64,000 nt of DNA from an uncultured Gammaproteobacteria bacterium (lineage in GTDB: Bacteria > Pseudomonadota > Gammaproteobacteria > Magnimaribacterales > TMED112). The position numbers and the translations under genes were made by a program. The stretch lies in assembly GCA_913044115.1 (NCBI GenBank), contig CAJWNO010000001.1, forward strand, positions 27,452 through 91,451, written 5' to 3'. Of this stretch, positions 56,723 through 64,000 are shown in pieces. Numbering within the stretch: the stretch's first letter is position 1; every line of letters starts with the position of its first letter. The notes beneath the pieces are model-generated. The model was not told the origin of the DNA. It was given only the letters and a program-made list of their open reading frames with translations, and searched no databases.

Positions 56723-57547
56723 TTATGCATCATCTGCGTCATCAGGATCTGGGTAGAACTGATAAGAGTTGCTTGCATTTGGACCTTCACATGTAGCAGA
56801 TGCATCAAACATAGCTTGAACATCTGAACCCATATCAGCAAATCTTTGGTAAGCTACTTCAGCATCTGAATGACTCTCATAATAATTATTCCAGAAGAAA
56901 TCATAATTAGAAAATGGTTCTGGATTTTCCCCGTTATGAAACATAACGCTGTATGCAAACGGTGTTTCGTTAGCTGAACCTAAAGTGTATTCATTAAATG
57001 CACCGACAGCCTCTCTTAGCAAAGCACGCCCATTCTCGCCATTGAATTTACAATAATGACCATAAGTGACCCATTCAGTTGGCCCATTCCAATTTGCTTC
57101 ATCGCCTAGAGGGAAGTAAAAGTTATAACCTCTTCTGCCTTCGCCATCACAGACCATTACAGATGAATGTTTTGCTCTCCATGCATCAGCTTCAGCATTT
57201 GTAGCCCAATCAGACCAGCCAGCATCCGAAGCATCTTTAGATTCCCAAAATAGTTGCCAATAAACTTTATTATCTCCACCCAGTGAAGCGCTTTGAACAG
57301 GCGCATGACCTGCTGAGTAAAAGAAACCTTCAGCAAAATCAAAGTCATTCCATTCATCAATCATGGCTTTTGCACTTGCATCATTAAAATCTGAACCAGG
57401 TGTACATGTCATATACTCAGTATATGGAGGACCTTGTTCTTCTTCGGTTTCAGTAGTTTCTACTTCTGCTTCAGTTGTTTCAGCTTCATTTGAACATGCA
57501 GCTAAAAATATTACTGAGAAAAGTACTAAAAATTTTAAATAATTCAT
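56723..57547 (-). CDS. acidic lipoprotein of unknown function built from two tandem homologous domains
   Basis: Lipobox FLAAC, an E/T-rich linker, then two roughly 105-aa repeats. They share C..[FW]N[DE][FY]..F.YS..W..[ES]..DA..C[DE]G..Y.FYP. Confidence 0.7.
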   Translation of the reverse strand: MNYLKFLVLFSVIFLAACSNEAETTEAEVETTETEEEQGPPYTEYMTCTPGSDFNDASAKAMIDEWNDFDFAEGFFYSAGHAPVQSASLGGDNKVYWQLFWESKDASDAGWSDWATNAEADAWRAKHSSVMVCDGEGRRGYNFYFPLGDEANWNGPTEWVTYGHYCKFNGENGRALLREAVGAFNEYTLGSANETPFAYSVMFHNGENPEPFSNYDFFWNNYYESHSDAEVAYQRFADMGSDVQAMFDASATCEGPNASNSYQFYPDPDDADDA

Positions 57548-57674
57548 AAAAATCTCCTGCTTCTTTTACTATCGCAACAATAAAGACTTTTGACAAGAAG
57601 GTGTTATGTATAATTTGAAAGTATTTAAAAAATTAAAATCAGCATCAAATAATTTAATAATAGTAGGAAAAAAT

Positions 57675-58496
57675 ATGTCTAAATTTAAAGATAAAACTAT
57701 TTTAGTAACGGGAGCCTCATCAGGCATAGGTCTTGCAATGGCCAAGGATTTTGCCAATAGAGGCGCTAACCTGATACTTACTGCACGGTCAAAAGATAAA
57801 TTAGATCAGCTTGCAAGTGAACTTGAAGCAAGAGGAACCAGTGCTAAAGTTTTTATAGAAGATATAAGCGTACCTAATTCAGCTCAAAAGCTTTATAACC
57901 AAATTAAAGCTGAACAAATTGATGTTGATATTTTAGTGAATAATGCTGGTTACGGCAGATGGGGAACATTCGATGAATGTCCTGTTGAAGATTATGAAAA
58001 TATGATTCATCTAAATATCACCTCCCTTACTGAACTTAGTTATCTATTCTTAGAAGATATGGAGAAAAAAGGCTCCGGGGGAATCATTAATGTTGCTTCA
58101 GTAGCAGCATTTTACTCAATACCCTATTCAGCAGTATACGCTGCTACAAAAGCATATGTATTGAGTTTAAGCGAAGCTCTTAATTTCGAATACTCCCGTA
58201 AAGGCATACATATAATGGCTGTTTGCCCAGGTGCGACTGAGTCTGAGTTTGTTAATGTTGCCACAGTGAGTTCAGAGAGACTACAAAAAAGACTTTCGGC
58301 TATGCAAGACAATAAAAATGTGAAGATTCAATCTGCTGAAGACTGTTCAAAAGAGGCTCTAGATGCTTTTGAGAATGGAAAAATTTATATCATTACAGGA
58401 AGAAGCAATAGAAACCTTTATTCATTGTCGCGCTTATTCTCAAGAAAAAGACTTTTAAATTGGGTTGGTCGTAGGTTTAAAAAGATCTCAGGCTAA
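57675..58496 (+). CDS. SDR family oxidoreductase
   Basis: 'TGASSGIGLA', 'NNAG' and 'YAATK'. I prefer the start at ATG 57675 over 57606. Confidence 0.88.
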   Translation: MSKFKDKTILVTGASSGIGLAMAKDFANRGANLILTARSKDKLDQLASELEARGTSAKVFIEDISVPNSAQKLYNQIKAEQIDVDILVNNAGYGRWGTFDECPVEDYENMIHLNITSLTELSYLFLEDMEKKGSGGIINVASVAAFYSIPYSAVYAATKAYVLSLSEALNFEYSRKGIHIMAVCPGATESEFVNVATVSSERLQKRLSAMQDNKNVKIQSAEDCSKEALDAFENGKIYIITGRSNRNLYSLSRLFSRKRLLNWVGRRFKKISG

Positions 58497-58684
58497 TGAT
58501 AGATGAAGAAAAGGGATTATGCCCTTATTGTTGGGAAGAATTATATTTTGAGATAGATACTTCAATTGAGGAACAAGAATACGTTGAGGACTGTCAGGTA
58601 TGTTGCAATCCAATTCTGTTAAGGGTGAACATATATGAAGGTTCTATTAACATTGATACAGCAAAAGAGGATGACGGTTTTTAA
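58496..58684 (+). CDS. CPXCG-motif cysteine-rich small protein
   Basis: 62 aa. 'CPYCWEE' plus 'CQVCCNP' gives a four-Cys zinc-ribbon-like arrangement. Its start overlaps the SDR stop (TAATG). Confidence 0.6.
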   Translation: MIDEEKGLCPYCWEELYFEIDTSIEEQEYVEDCQVCCNPILLRVNIYEGSINIDTAKEDDGF

Positions 58685-58693
58685 GAAGTAAAA

Positions 58694-58891
58694 ATGGGTA
58701 TATTTATATTAGGAGGCATTGTTTTCATCGTGGCGTTTTGCCTCTTTAAAATTTCAGCTTTCAGAAAAACCAGACCAGATGAATCATGGTTAAGGATTAG
58801 TATAGTGGGAATTGTTGATTATATAGTTCTTATTTCTGGAACTATTGGCACAGGAATACTCTTCATGACCTTATACAATATTGGTCATTAA
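58694..58891 (+). CDS. hypothetical small membrane protein
   Basis: 65 aa with two hydrophobic helices. Confidence 0.35.
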   Translation: MGIFILGGIVFIVAFCLFKISAFRKTRPDESWLRISIVGIVDYIVLISGTIGTGILFMTLYNIGH

Positions 58892-58915
58892 CTAATTTTT
58901 TTTGTGGGTTTATTC

Positions 58916-59119
58916 TTAGACTAGTTTTATTTCACCGACGCCCATTCTGCCCTTGTACTCTTCAACTGAAAACTCAACATTATCATTTTCATTCAATGTT
59001 TCGATTCCGCATTTTTGTAATGCGCTGATGTGTACAAAAACATCTTTTTCACCGTCTTCTGGCGCAATAAATCCAAAGCCTTTAGCATTGTTAAAAAACT
59101 TTACGACTCCTTTTTGCAT
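58916..59119 (-). CDS. cold-shock (CspA family) protein
   Basis: '[16 protein letters not shown]' (RNP1) and 'DVFVHIS' (RNP2). A strong SD AAGGAGGA lies upstream of ATG 59119, so the track's 59158 start is rejected. Confidence 0.92.
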   Translation of the reverse strand: MQKGVVKFFNNAKGFGFIAPEDGEKDVFVHISALQKCGIETLNENDNVEFSVEEYKGRMGVGEIKLV

Positions 59120-59221
59120 TGCGTCCTCCTTTATATTATGAGCTACACGATACAGCAAATACTTAATATGTCTATATAAAGCTTAAAGACTAATGACTTT
59201 ATTTAACTTTTTCACAATAAA

Positions 59222-59251
59222 TTGACTAATTTAGGCATTGATGGGTAAGAT
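59222..59251 (+). promoter_or_regulatory. candidate sigma70 promoter for the cupin gene
   Basis: TTGACT, an 18-nt spacer, then TAAGAT, about 20 nt upstream of an AGGGAG SD and ATG 59271. Hexamer match only. Confidence 0.3.
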
Positions 59252-59270
59252 TTCTTAGGGAGTTATTCAA

Positions 59271-59792
59271 ATGAGAAGAATAGTAACAGGTCACAATAAA
59301 GACGGTAAATCAGTAATTATTTCTGATAGCCCTCCTCCAAGAACCATTGGCGAAGAAGTTGGAGGTTTATTTGAGCTTTGGAATACCGATGGTAAAGAAG
59401 TCGATTCAAAAGATACAATTGATAGAGCTGACAGCGATATATTATTAAGCCCTCCTAAAGGTGGTTCTAAGTTCAGGTATTTTCAAATAAACCCTCTTCC
59501 AGAGGGAATACCAAATGATGTCTTAAATCAAATAGCTCATGATAATTTCTCTCAAGTTGGTGCAGCAGATGCCAGGGTAGATACAACCCGTCATCCTGCA
59601 ATGCATAAGACAGAAACAATTGATTACATCATTCTCTTAAAAGGAGAAGTTACTCTATTGCTCGATGAGGAAGAAGTAGATCTGAAGCCTTTTGATGTCG
59701 TTGTGCAAAGAGGAACCAACCATGCTTGGGTGTGCAAGGGCCAAGAACCTGCACTATTTATTGCTGTTTTAATTGACGCTGAGATCAGCTGA
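59271..59792 (+). CDS. cupin domain-containing protein
   Basis: 173 aa. The C-terminal beta-rich segment 'IDYIILLKGEVTLLLDEEEVDLKPFDVVVQRGTNHAW' is typical of small cupins. Confidence 0.6.
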   Translation: MRRIVTGHNKDGKSVIISDSPPPRTIGEEVGGLFELWNTDGKEVDSKDTIDRADSDILLSPPKGGSKFRYFQINPLPEGIPNDVLNQIAHDNFSQVGAADARVDTTRHPAMHKTETIDYIILLKGEVTLLLDEEEVDLKPFDVVVQRGTNHAWVCKGQEPALFIAVLIDAEIS

Positions 59793-61328
59793 TAGATTTA
59801 TTTGTCTGCCAATTGAAGGCAGTTTTATTTCTTCCATTGCCTTAAAACCTCTATAAAGCGCATCAGGAAAACTTTGTTCTTCATTAATGAGCTTGCCTTC
59901 AGTAAAAATTGTATAGCCATCCCCTCCTTTAGCTAAATAGCCACTTGTAGATACGGTATATTTATTTGTATCTATTATGTTTTTACCATTGATCTTAATG
60001 CTTGAAAGTCTTTGCATATCTGGTTTATTGATGTTGTATTGTATTTCTAGGCCAGAAATTTGACCTATGCCGTAAGGCAAAGTCAGGCTATATTCAATCA
60101 AGTCTTTGATCTGTTTGCCTGATAACTCAATAATGGTGAGATTATCTGGAAAAGGATAAACGTTTAGTAAGTGCTCTAAAGTTATCTTCCCAGCATTTAA
60201 ATCGGCTCTGATAGCACCTGAATTTAAGAAAGATATATCACTACCTGCTGCATTCCTCATAATATCTGTCAATAAGTTACCAATGGTAGATTCATTGTTA
60301 TAAAGTCGCATTGAGGGCTGCTTTATAGTTGCAATAATCTCTGACAGTTCAGGATAGAGCTTACGGTATTGGTTTATCAGCTTTTCAGTTTCCTGATCAG
60401 CAGGAAATGCTTTTGAATCTACAGGAATCAAATAACCCTCCAAAAATGTTACATCGTGTTTATTAAGATTCACTGTAAATTTTGTATAACCAAGGTGCAT
60501 GCCTTGTCCAAACGTTAAACCTATTACTGTGCCAGTATCTGGGTGGATTACTGGTTCTGGCAAACCATTATCAGAGTGCCCGCCAAAAATAGCATCAACA
60601 CCTCTTAATTTCCCTGCCATTTCATAATCTTCATCAAAGCCACGCTGTACGTCTGGATCAGCTTCTTTGTTAGTTTGCATTGGGGCAGTTTTGTTTTGAT
60701 GAGTTAAGACTATTAACATATTTACATCTTCACGAATTTTATCTGCCCAATATTGTGCTGTTTCTATTGGATCTTTAATGCTGAGGCCAATGCGATGAAA
60801 TGGGGCCATAGTGTTGTAAAAGGCATCAATACCCATGACGCCTATCACTCCAATTTTTACACCTGATTGTTCAAGAATTGTGTAGGGTTTAGCAATAAGT
60901 TTGCCTGACTTTTCATGGAAAATATTGGCATTGAGAACCGGGAAATTGGCTCTTGGTATTATTTCTACCAGGGCGTCCCAATTATATTCAAATTCATGAT
61001 TGCCGATGTTTAAGGCGTCGTAACCCATAGCATTATAGAGATCAAAAGGCAGTTTACCTTTTGATTTTTTGGATAAGGCGCCCGTATAAATATCACCGGC
61101 ATCAACTAAAAAACTTATGTCTTCGGTAGTTCTTGTATTATCAATTAAGGTAGCAAGGTGTGATATGCCTCCTATAAGCTCGATATCATCGCGCCAAACA
61201 GCCTGTATAGGCTCATAGACGCTCTCTATATCATTGGTATGCAGTATTACTATTTCTTTGGTCGAGCTTTCATTTGTATGTATAAACAGAGACGTTAACA
61301 AAAGAAAAAATGCGAGCAATCTAGGCAT
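59769..61328 (-). CDS. bifunctional metallophosphatase/5'-nucleotidase (UshA-like), secreted
   Basis: Signal peptide. 'ILHTNDIES', 'DAGD' and 'NIGNHEFE' metallophosphatase motifs plus a C-terminal 5'-nucleotidase domain. It overlaps the cupin gene convergently by 24 nt. Confidence 0.85.
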   Translation of the reverse strand: MPRLLAFFLLLTSLFIHTNESSTKEIVILHTNDIESVYEPIQAVWRDDIELIGGISHLATLIDNTRTTEDISFLVDAGDIYTGALSKKSKGKLPFDLYNAMGYDALNIGNHEFEYNWDALVEIIPRANFPVLNANIFHEKSGKLIAKPYTILEQSGVKIGVIGVMGIDAFYNTMAPFHRIGLSIKDPIETAQYWADKIREDVNMLIVLTHQNKTAPMQTNKEADPDVQRGFDEDYEMAGKLRGVDAIFGGHSDNGLPEPVIHPDTGTVIGLTFGQGMHLGYTKFTVNLNKHDVTFLEGYLIPVDSKAFPADQETEKLINQYRKLYPELSEIIATIKQPSMRLYNNESTIGNLLTDIMRNAAGSDISFLNSGAIRADLNAGKITLEHLLNVYPFPDNLTIIELSGKQIKDLIEYSLTLPYGIGQISGLEIQYNINKPDMQRLSSIKINGKNIIDTNKYTVSTSGYLAKGGDGYTIFTEGKLINEEQSFPDALYRGFKAMEEIKLPSIGRQINLSADLSVN

Positions 61329-61380
61329 CTATAGATATTAACAAAAACTCTAAAGAGTTATCTTGAATAAATGAATTTAG

Positions 61381-61471
61381 TGGCGGAGAGAGTGGGATTC
61401 GAACCCACGATACGCTATTAACGTATGCCAGTTTTCAAGACTGGTGCATTCAACCGCTCTGCCATCTCTCC
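61381..61471 (-). tRNA. tRNA-Ser (anticodon UGA)
   Basis: Minus-strand read: GGAGAGATGGCAGAGCGGTTGAATGCACCAGTCTTGAAAACTGG...CGTGGGTTCGAATCCCACTCTCTCCGCCA. It has a 7-bp acceptor stem, anticodon loop CT-TGA-AA, a long variable arm (class II), a TPsiC arm GTGGGTTCGAATCCCAC, and an encoded CCA. Confidence 0.93.
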
Positions 61472-61526
61472 TAAGCGCAACATTATAGTCCATTTTAGCT
61501 GCATGAAATAGAGGCTATAATCAAGT

Positions 61527-62558
61527 ATGGATAGATTACAGATATTCGGTGCAACACCTTCACCATACACCCAAAAAATGCTCTCATTGCTGAGATATAG
61601 ACGGATTCCATATGATATTCATTGGGGTGAAACTAAGACTAGACTTGAGAGCCTAAATATAGAGCTACCAAAGCCGATTTTATTACCTGTAATCTTGTTT
61701 GAGGGCGATGATCAAAAACTAGTAGCTACAACTGACTCTACACCCATGCTCAGAAAAATCGAAAAAACTTATGCTCAAAGAAAAGTTATACCAGATGATC
61801 CAGCCTTAGCATTTATTAACTATTTATTGGAAGACTTTGGCGATGAATGGATCACAAAATATATGTTTCATTACAGATGGCACTTCAAAGATGATGCCGA
61901 GAAAGCTGGGACGATTCTACCATTAGTGGAATTTCAGAACCCATTGTCTGTAGAAGACCATAACCAAATTAAAGAATTCATTATCAAAAGGCAAACCGAA
62001 AGATTATGGGTTGTTGGTTCAAGCAATGAGACCGCTGATTTGATTGATAAAAGTTTTAGAAGATTTATAAAATCACTAAATGAGCATCTAATTAAAAGTC
62101 GATTCTTATTGGGGAATAAACCATCATCAGCCGATTTTGCTTTTTATGGCCAAATCTCACAACTAGTTAAATTTGACCCAACACCAAGACAAATTTGTGA
62201 AGAATTAGCTCCTCGGGTTGTTGCATGGATAGATATAATGGAAGATCTCTCGGGTCTTGATTCTGATACAAATAATTGGATTGAACTTGAGGAAAGCCCA
62301 CTATCTTTAAAAGCAATTCTATCTGAATTTGGCAAGATGTATGCTCCATTATTATTGGAGAATTCTAAAGCTGTAAAGAACGGTTCCGAGGAATGGGAAG
62401 CCAAAGTTGATGGATCTGTTTGGAAGCAAAAAACTTTTAGCTACCAAGCAAAATGCCTAAATTGGATTCGGGAAGAATTTAAAGCTTTAGCTGATAATGA
62501 TAAGCAAAGAGTACTAATATTTTTAGCTGATACAGGCTGCGATGAAATACTGAATTAA
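61527..62558 (+). CDS. glutathione S-transferase-like protein
   Basis: N-terminal thioredoxin-like 'LQIFGATPSPYTQKMLSLLRYRRIPYD' and a C-terminal GST_C-like 'FLLGNKPSSADFAFYGQ'. 343 aa, longer than canonical GSTs. Confidence 0.5.
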   Translation: MDRLQIFGATPSPYTQKMLSLLRYRRIPYDIHWGETKTRLESLNIELPKPILLPVILFEGDDQKLVATTDSTPMLRKIEKTYAQRKVIPDDPALAFINYLLEDFGDEWITKYMFHYRWHFKDDAEKAGTILPLVEFQNPLSVEDHNQIKEFIIKRQTERLWVVGSSNETADLIDKSFRRFIKSLNEHLIKSRFLLGNKPSSADFAFYGQISQLVKFDPTPRQICEELAPRVVAWIDIMEDLSGLDSDTNNWIELEESPLSLKAILSEFGKMYAPLLLENSKAVKNGSEEWEAKVDGSVWKQKTFSYQAKCLNWIREEFKALADNDKQRVLIFLADTGCDEILN

Positions 62559-62559
62559 T

Positions 62560-63345
62560 TTAATATCTAAAGTGCTTGATTCTCTCGCCGCTCTTCTCAA
62601 TTTCTGTCATTGATTTGATACCAATATCCAGATGTTTTTCAGCCCATTCACTAGTAACTTTTTTGTCTGATTCTTGAGTTTTCACGCCTTCAGGAGTGGT
62701 TGGAACATCTGATACTAGTAACAATGCTCCTCTTGCTATTTCGTTGTAATGTCCACCAATAAATATTGTTGCAACTTCCATATCAATACCAATGGCTGTA
62801 GATTTTTTCAAGCGTTTGAGAAATGCTTTATCGTGTTCCCACAGACGTCTGTTAGTAGTAAAAATTACGCCTGTTCTATAGTCTTCGCCTGCTTCTTTAA
62901 TTTTTTCTGATACAAATTTATGAAGTTTAAAAGATGGTAATGCTGGAACTTCTGGAGGGAAATAATCATTGGTTGTCCCCTCTCCTCGTATTGCAGCAAT
63001 TGGTAAAATGAAGTTGCCTATTTCGGAAGCTTCTTTTAAACCACCACATTTGCCTAAAAATAATACGCCCTTTGGATTCTTAGCTGATAGTAAATCCATT
63101 ATTAAAGCAGCATTTGGAGAGCCTATACCGAAGTTTATGATGCTTAAACCATCAGAATTAGTAGTACTTTGCATTGCACCACCTTCACCTTTAATTTCAC
63201 AATTAAATCTATCTGCAAAAGCAGTCACATAGTTTTTGAAATTTGTAAGAAGAATGTAGTCACCAAGTTCATCAATTTGTGAGCCGGTGTATCTTGGCAA
63301 CCAGTCTTGTGCAATTTTTAACTTACTAACCATAAAATTGGTCAT
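62560..63345 (-). CDS. AMP nucleosidase-like protein (PNP/UDP-phosphorylase fold, catalytic domain only)
   Basis: 'YILLTNFKNYVTAFA', 'GIGSPNAA' and 'GIDMEVATI' resemble the C-terminal catalytic half of Amn. 261 aa. Confidence 0.6.
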   Translation of the reverse strand: MTNFMVSKLKIAQDWLPRYTGSQIDELGDYILLTNFKNYVTAFADRFNCEIKGEGGAMQSTTNSDGLSIINFGIGSPNAALIMDLLSAKNPKGVLFLGKCGGLKEASEIGNFILPIAAIRGEGTTNDYFPPEVPALPSFKLHKFVSEKIKEAGEDYRTGVIFTTNRRLWEHDKAFLKRLKKSTAIGIDMEVATIFIGGHYNEIARGALLLVSDVPTTPEGVKTQESDKKVTSEWAEKHLDIGIKSMTEIEKSGERIKHFRY

Positions 63346-63377
63346 GAATATTAACAGATTAAACTAAAAAAGAAAGT

Positions 63378-64000
63378 TTATTTAAAGTCTTTGATGCTTG
63401 GACAAGTACAAACTAAATTTCTATCACCGTAGACATTATCTACTCTACCAACTGGAGGCCAGTATTTTTGATGCTTTGTTTGGTTGTTTGGATAGAATGC
63501 TTCTTTTTTTGTATAAGGATGATCCCAGTCTTCAATTAGCTCATCAACGCAATGAGGTGCATTCTTTAGAGGGTTGTCATCTTTATCCAATTTGCCCTCC
63601 TCTATGGCTCTAATTTCTTCTCTTATACCAATCATTGCATCACAGAATCTATTAAGTTCATCTAAAGACTCACTCTCTGTCGGTTCAATCATTAATGTAC
63701 CTGCCACTGGCCATGACATCGTTGGAGCATGAAAGCCATAATCTATTAGTCGTTTTGCAATATCTTCAGCCTCTATCCCACATAGGTCTTTGAAAGGTCT
63801 TACATCTATTATGCATTCATGCGCTACTAAGTTATTTTTTCCTGTGTACAAAATTTTATAATGGCCTTCTAGTCTTTTGGCTATGTAATTTGTACTTAGA
63901 ATTGCTACTTGAGTGGCTTTTCTAAGGGAATCTAAGCCCATCATGGCTATATACATCCAGCTAATTGGTAAGATGCTCGCACTACCATAATTCGTTCCTG
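63378..64000 (-). CDS. gcvP: glycine dehydrogenase (decarboxylating) GcvP, C-terminal part; the gene runs off the window edge
   Basis: The reading frame stays open to position 64000. My translation '..[17 protein letters not shown]..' and '[11 protein letters not shown]', '[10 protein letters not shown]', 'LMIEPTESE' match the GcvP C-terminus. Confidence 0.9.
   Translation of the reverse strand, partial: GTNYGSASILPISWMYIAMMGLDSLRKATQVAILSTNYIAKRLEGHYKILYTGKNNLVAHECIIDVRPFKDLCGIEAEDIAKRLIDYGFHAPTMSWPVAGTLMIEPTESESLDELNRFCDAMIGIREEIRAIEEGKLDKDDNPLKNAPHCVDELIEDWDHPYTKKEAFYPNNQTKHQKYWPPVGRVDNVYGDRNLVCTCPSIKDFK

Noticed and set aside
57590-57614. Perfect TTGACA and TATAAT hexamers upstream of the SDR gene
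   Set aside because: The spacer is only 13 nt, well short of the functional 16-18 nt range, so they cannot act together as a sigma70 promoter. The TATAAT alone could still act as a -10 element.
2050-59158. Longest-ORF starts given by the track for fabG (2050), mnmA (12458), nqrB (25444), ETF-QO (33850), murB (39940), FMO (54532), SDR (57606) and csp (59158)
   Set aside because: In each case a downstream ATG aligns with the conserved family N-terminus. The downstream ATG also removes an implausible overlap or leader, for example the AAGGAGGA SD before csp ATG 59119 and the ATGA coupling for nqrB.
61329-61526. tRNA-Ser as an integration site for a genomic island
   Set aside because: I saw no integrase, no repeat of the tRNA 3' end, and no phage or mobile genes on either side. 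The neighbours are ordinary metabolic genes. A weak AACTC-TTTA-GAGTT hairpin downstream of the tRNA was noted, but it is too short to call.
1-64000. CRISPR arrays, transposases or IS elements, rRNA genes, prophage or defence islands
   Set aside because: Reading through the window and the ORF track, I saw no spaced direct-repeat arrays and no DDE, integrase or recombinase motifs. There are no rRNA-like GC-rich stretches and no clusters of unknown genes with defence-like architecture.

Overview
This AT-rich, very tightly packed window reads as core chromosome of a streamlined gammaproteobacterium. Gene order resembles the Pseudomonas/Oceanospirillales type, and a marine SAR86-like lineage is a guess from composition and gene content only. 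I call about 70 protein genes, one tRNA-Ser(UGA), two clear rho-independent terminators, and no rRNA, CRISPR array, transposase, integrase or prophage. Content by block: (1) rpmF-fabD-fabG-acpP-mltG-tmk-holB. (2) A secreted amidase, then the only long non-coding stretch (452 bp), then an SRPBCC/GNAT pair. (3) infA / clpA-clpS-icd / mnmA-purB-aceB-aceA, i.e. the glyoxylate shunt joined directly to purB. (4) An FG-GAP lipoprotein. (5) A 10.4 kb same-strand array: two acyl-CoA dehydrogenases, long-form GAPDH, nqrABCDEF, apbE, and an nqrM ORF missing from the ORF track. (6) nfuA, etfBA, ETF-QO and DUF885. (7) A 10.9 kb envelope array: trpS, hemH, ALDH, lolC/E-like, lolD, an msbA-lpxK fusion, kdsB, murB, LysE, DUF1285. 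(8) Assorted metabolic and small genes, ending in a partial gcvP. I see no obvious defence or mobile system. The items most worth a second look are the MsbA-LpxK fusion, the single-permease Lol system, the hidden nqrM with a shortened ApbE, and the ACAD-GAPDH-NQR array. Others are a lipoprotein built from an internally duplicated Cys-containing domain, an FMO/DUF3445 divergent pair, a Cys4 insert in HemH, several unlisted small ORFs with ATGA coupling, and the 452 bp spacer with a perfect DnaA box. All functional calls come from motif recognition by eye; no searches were run.
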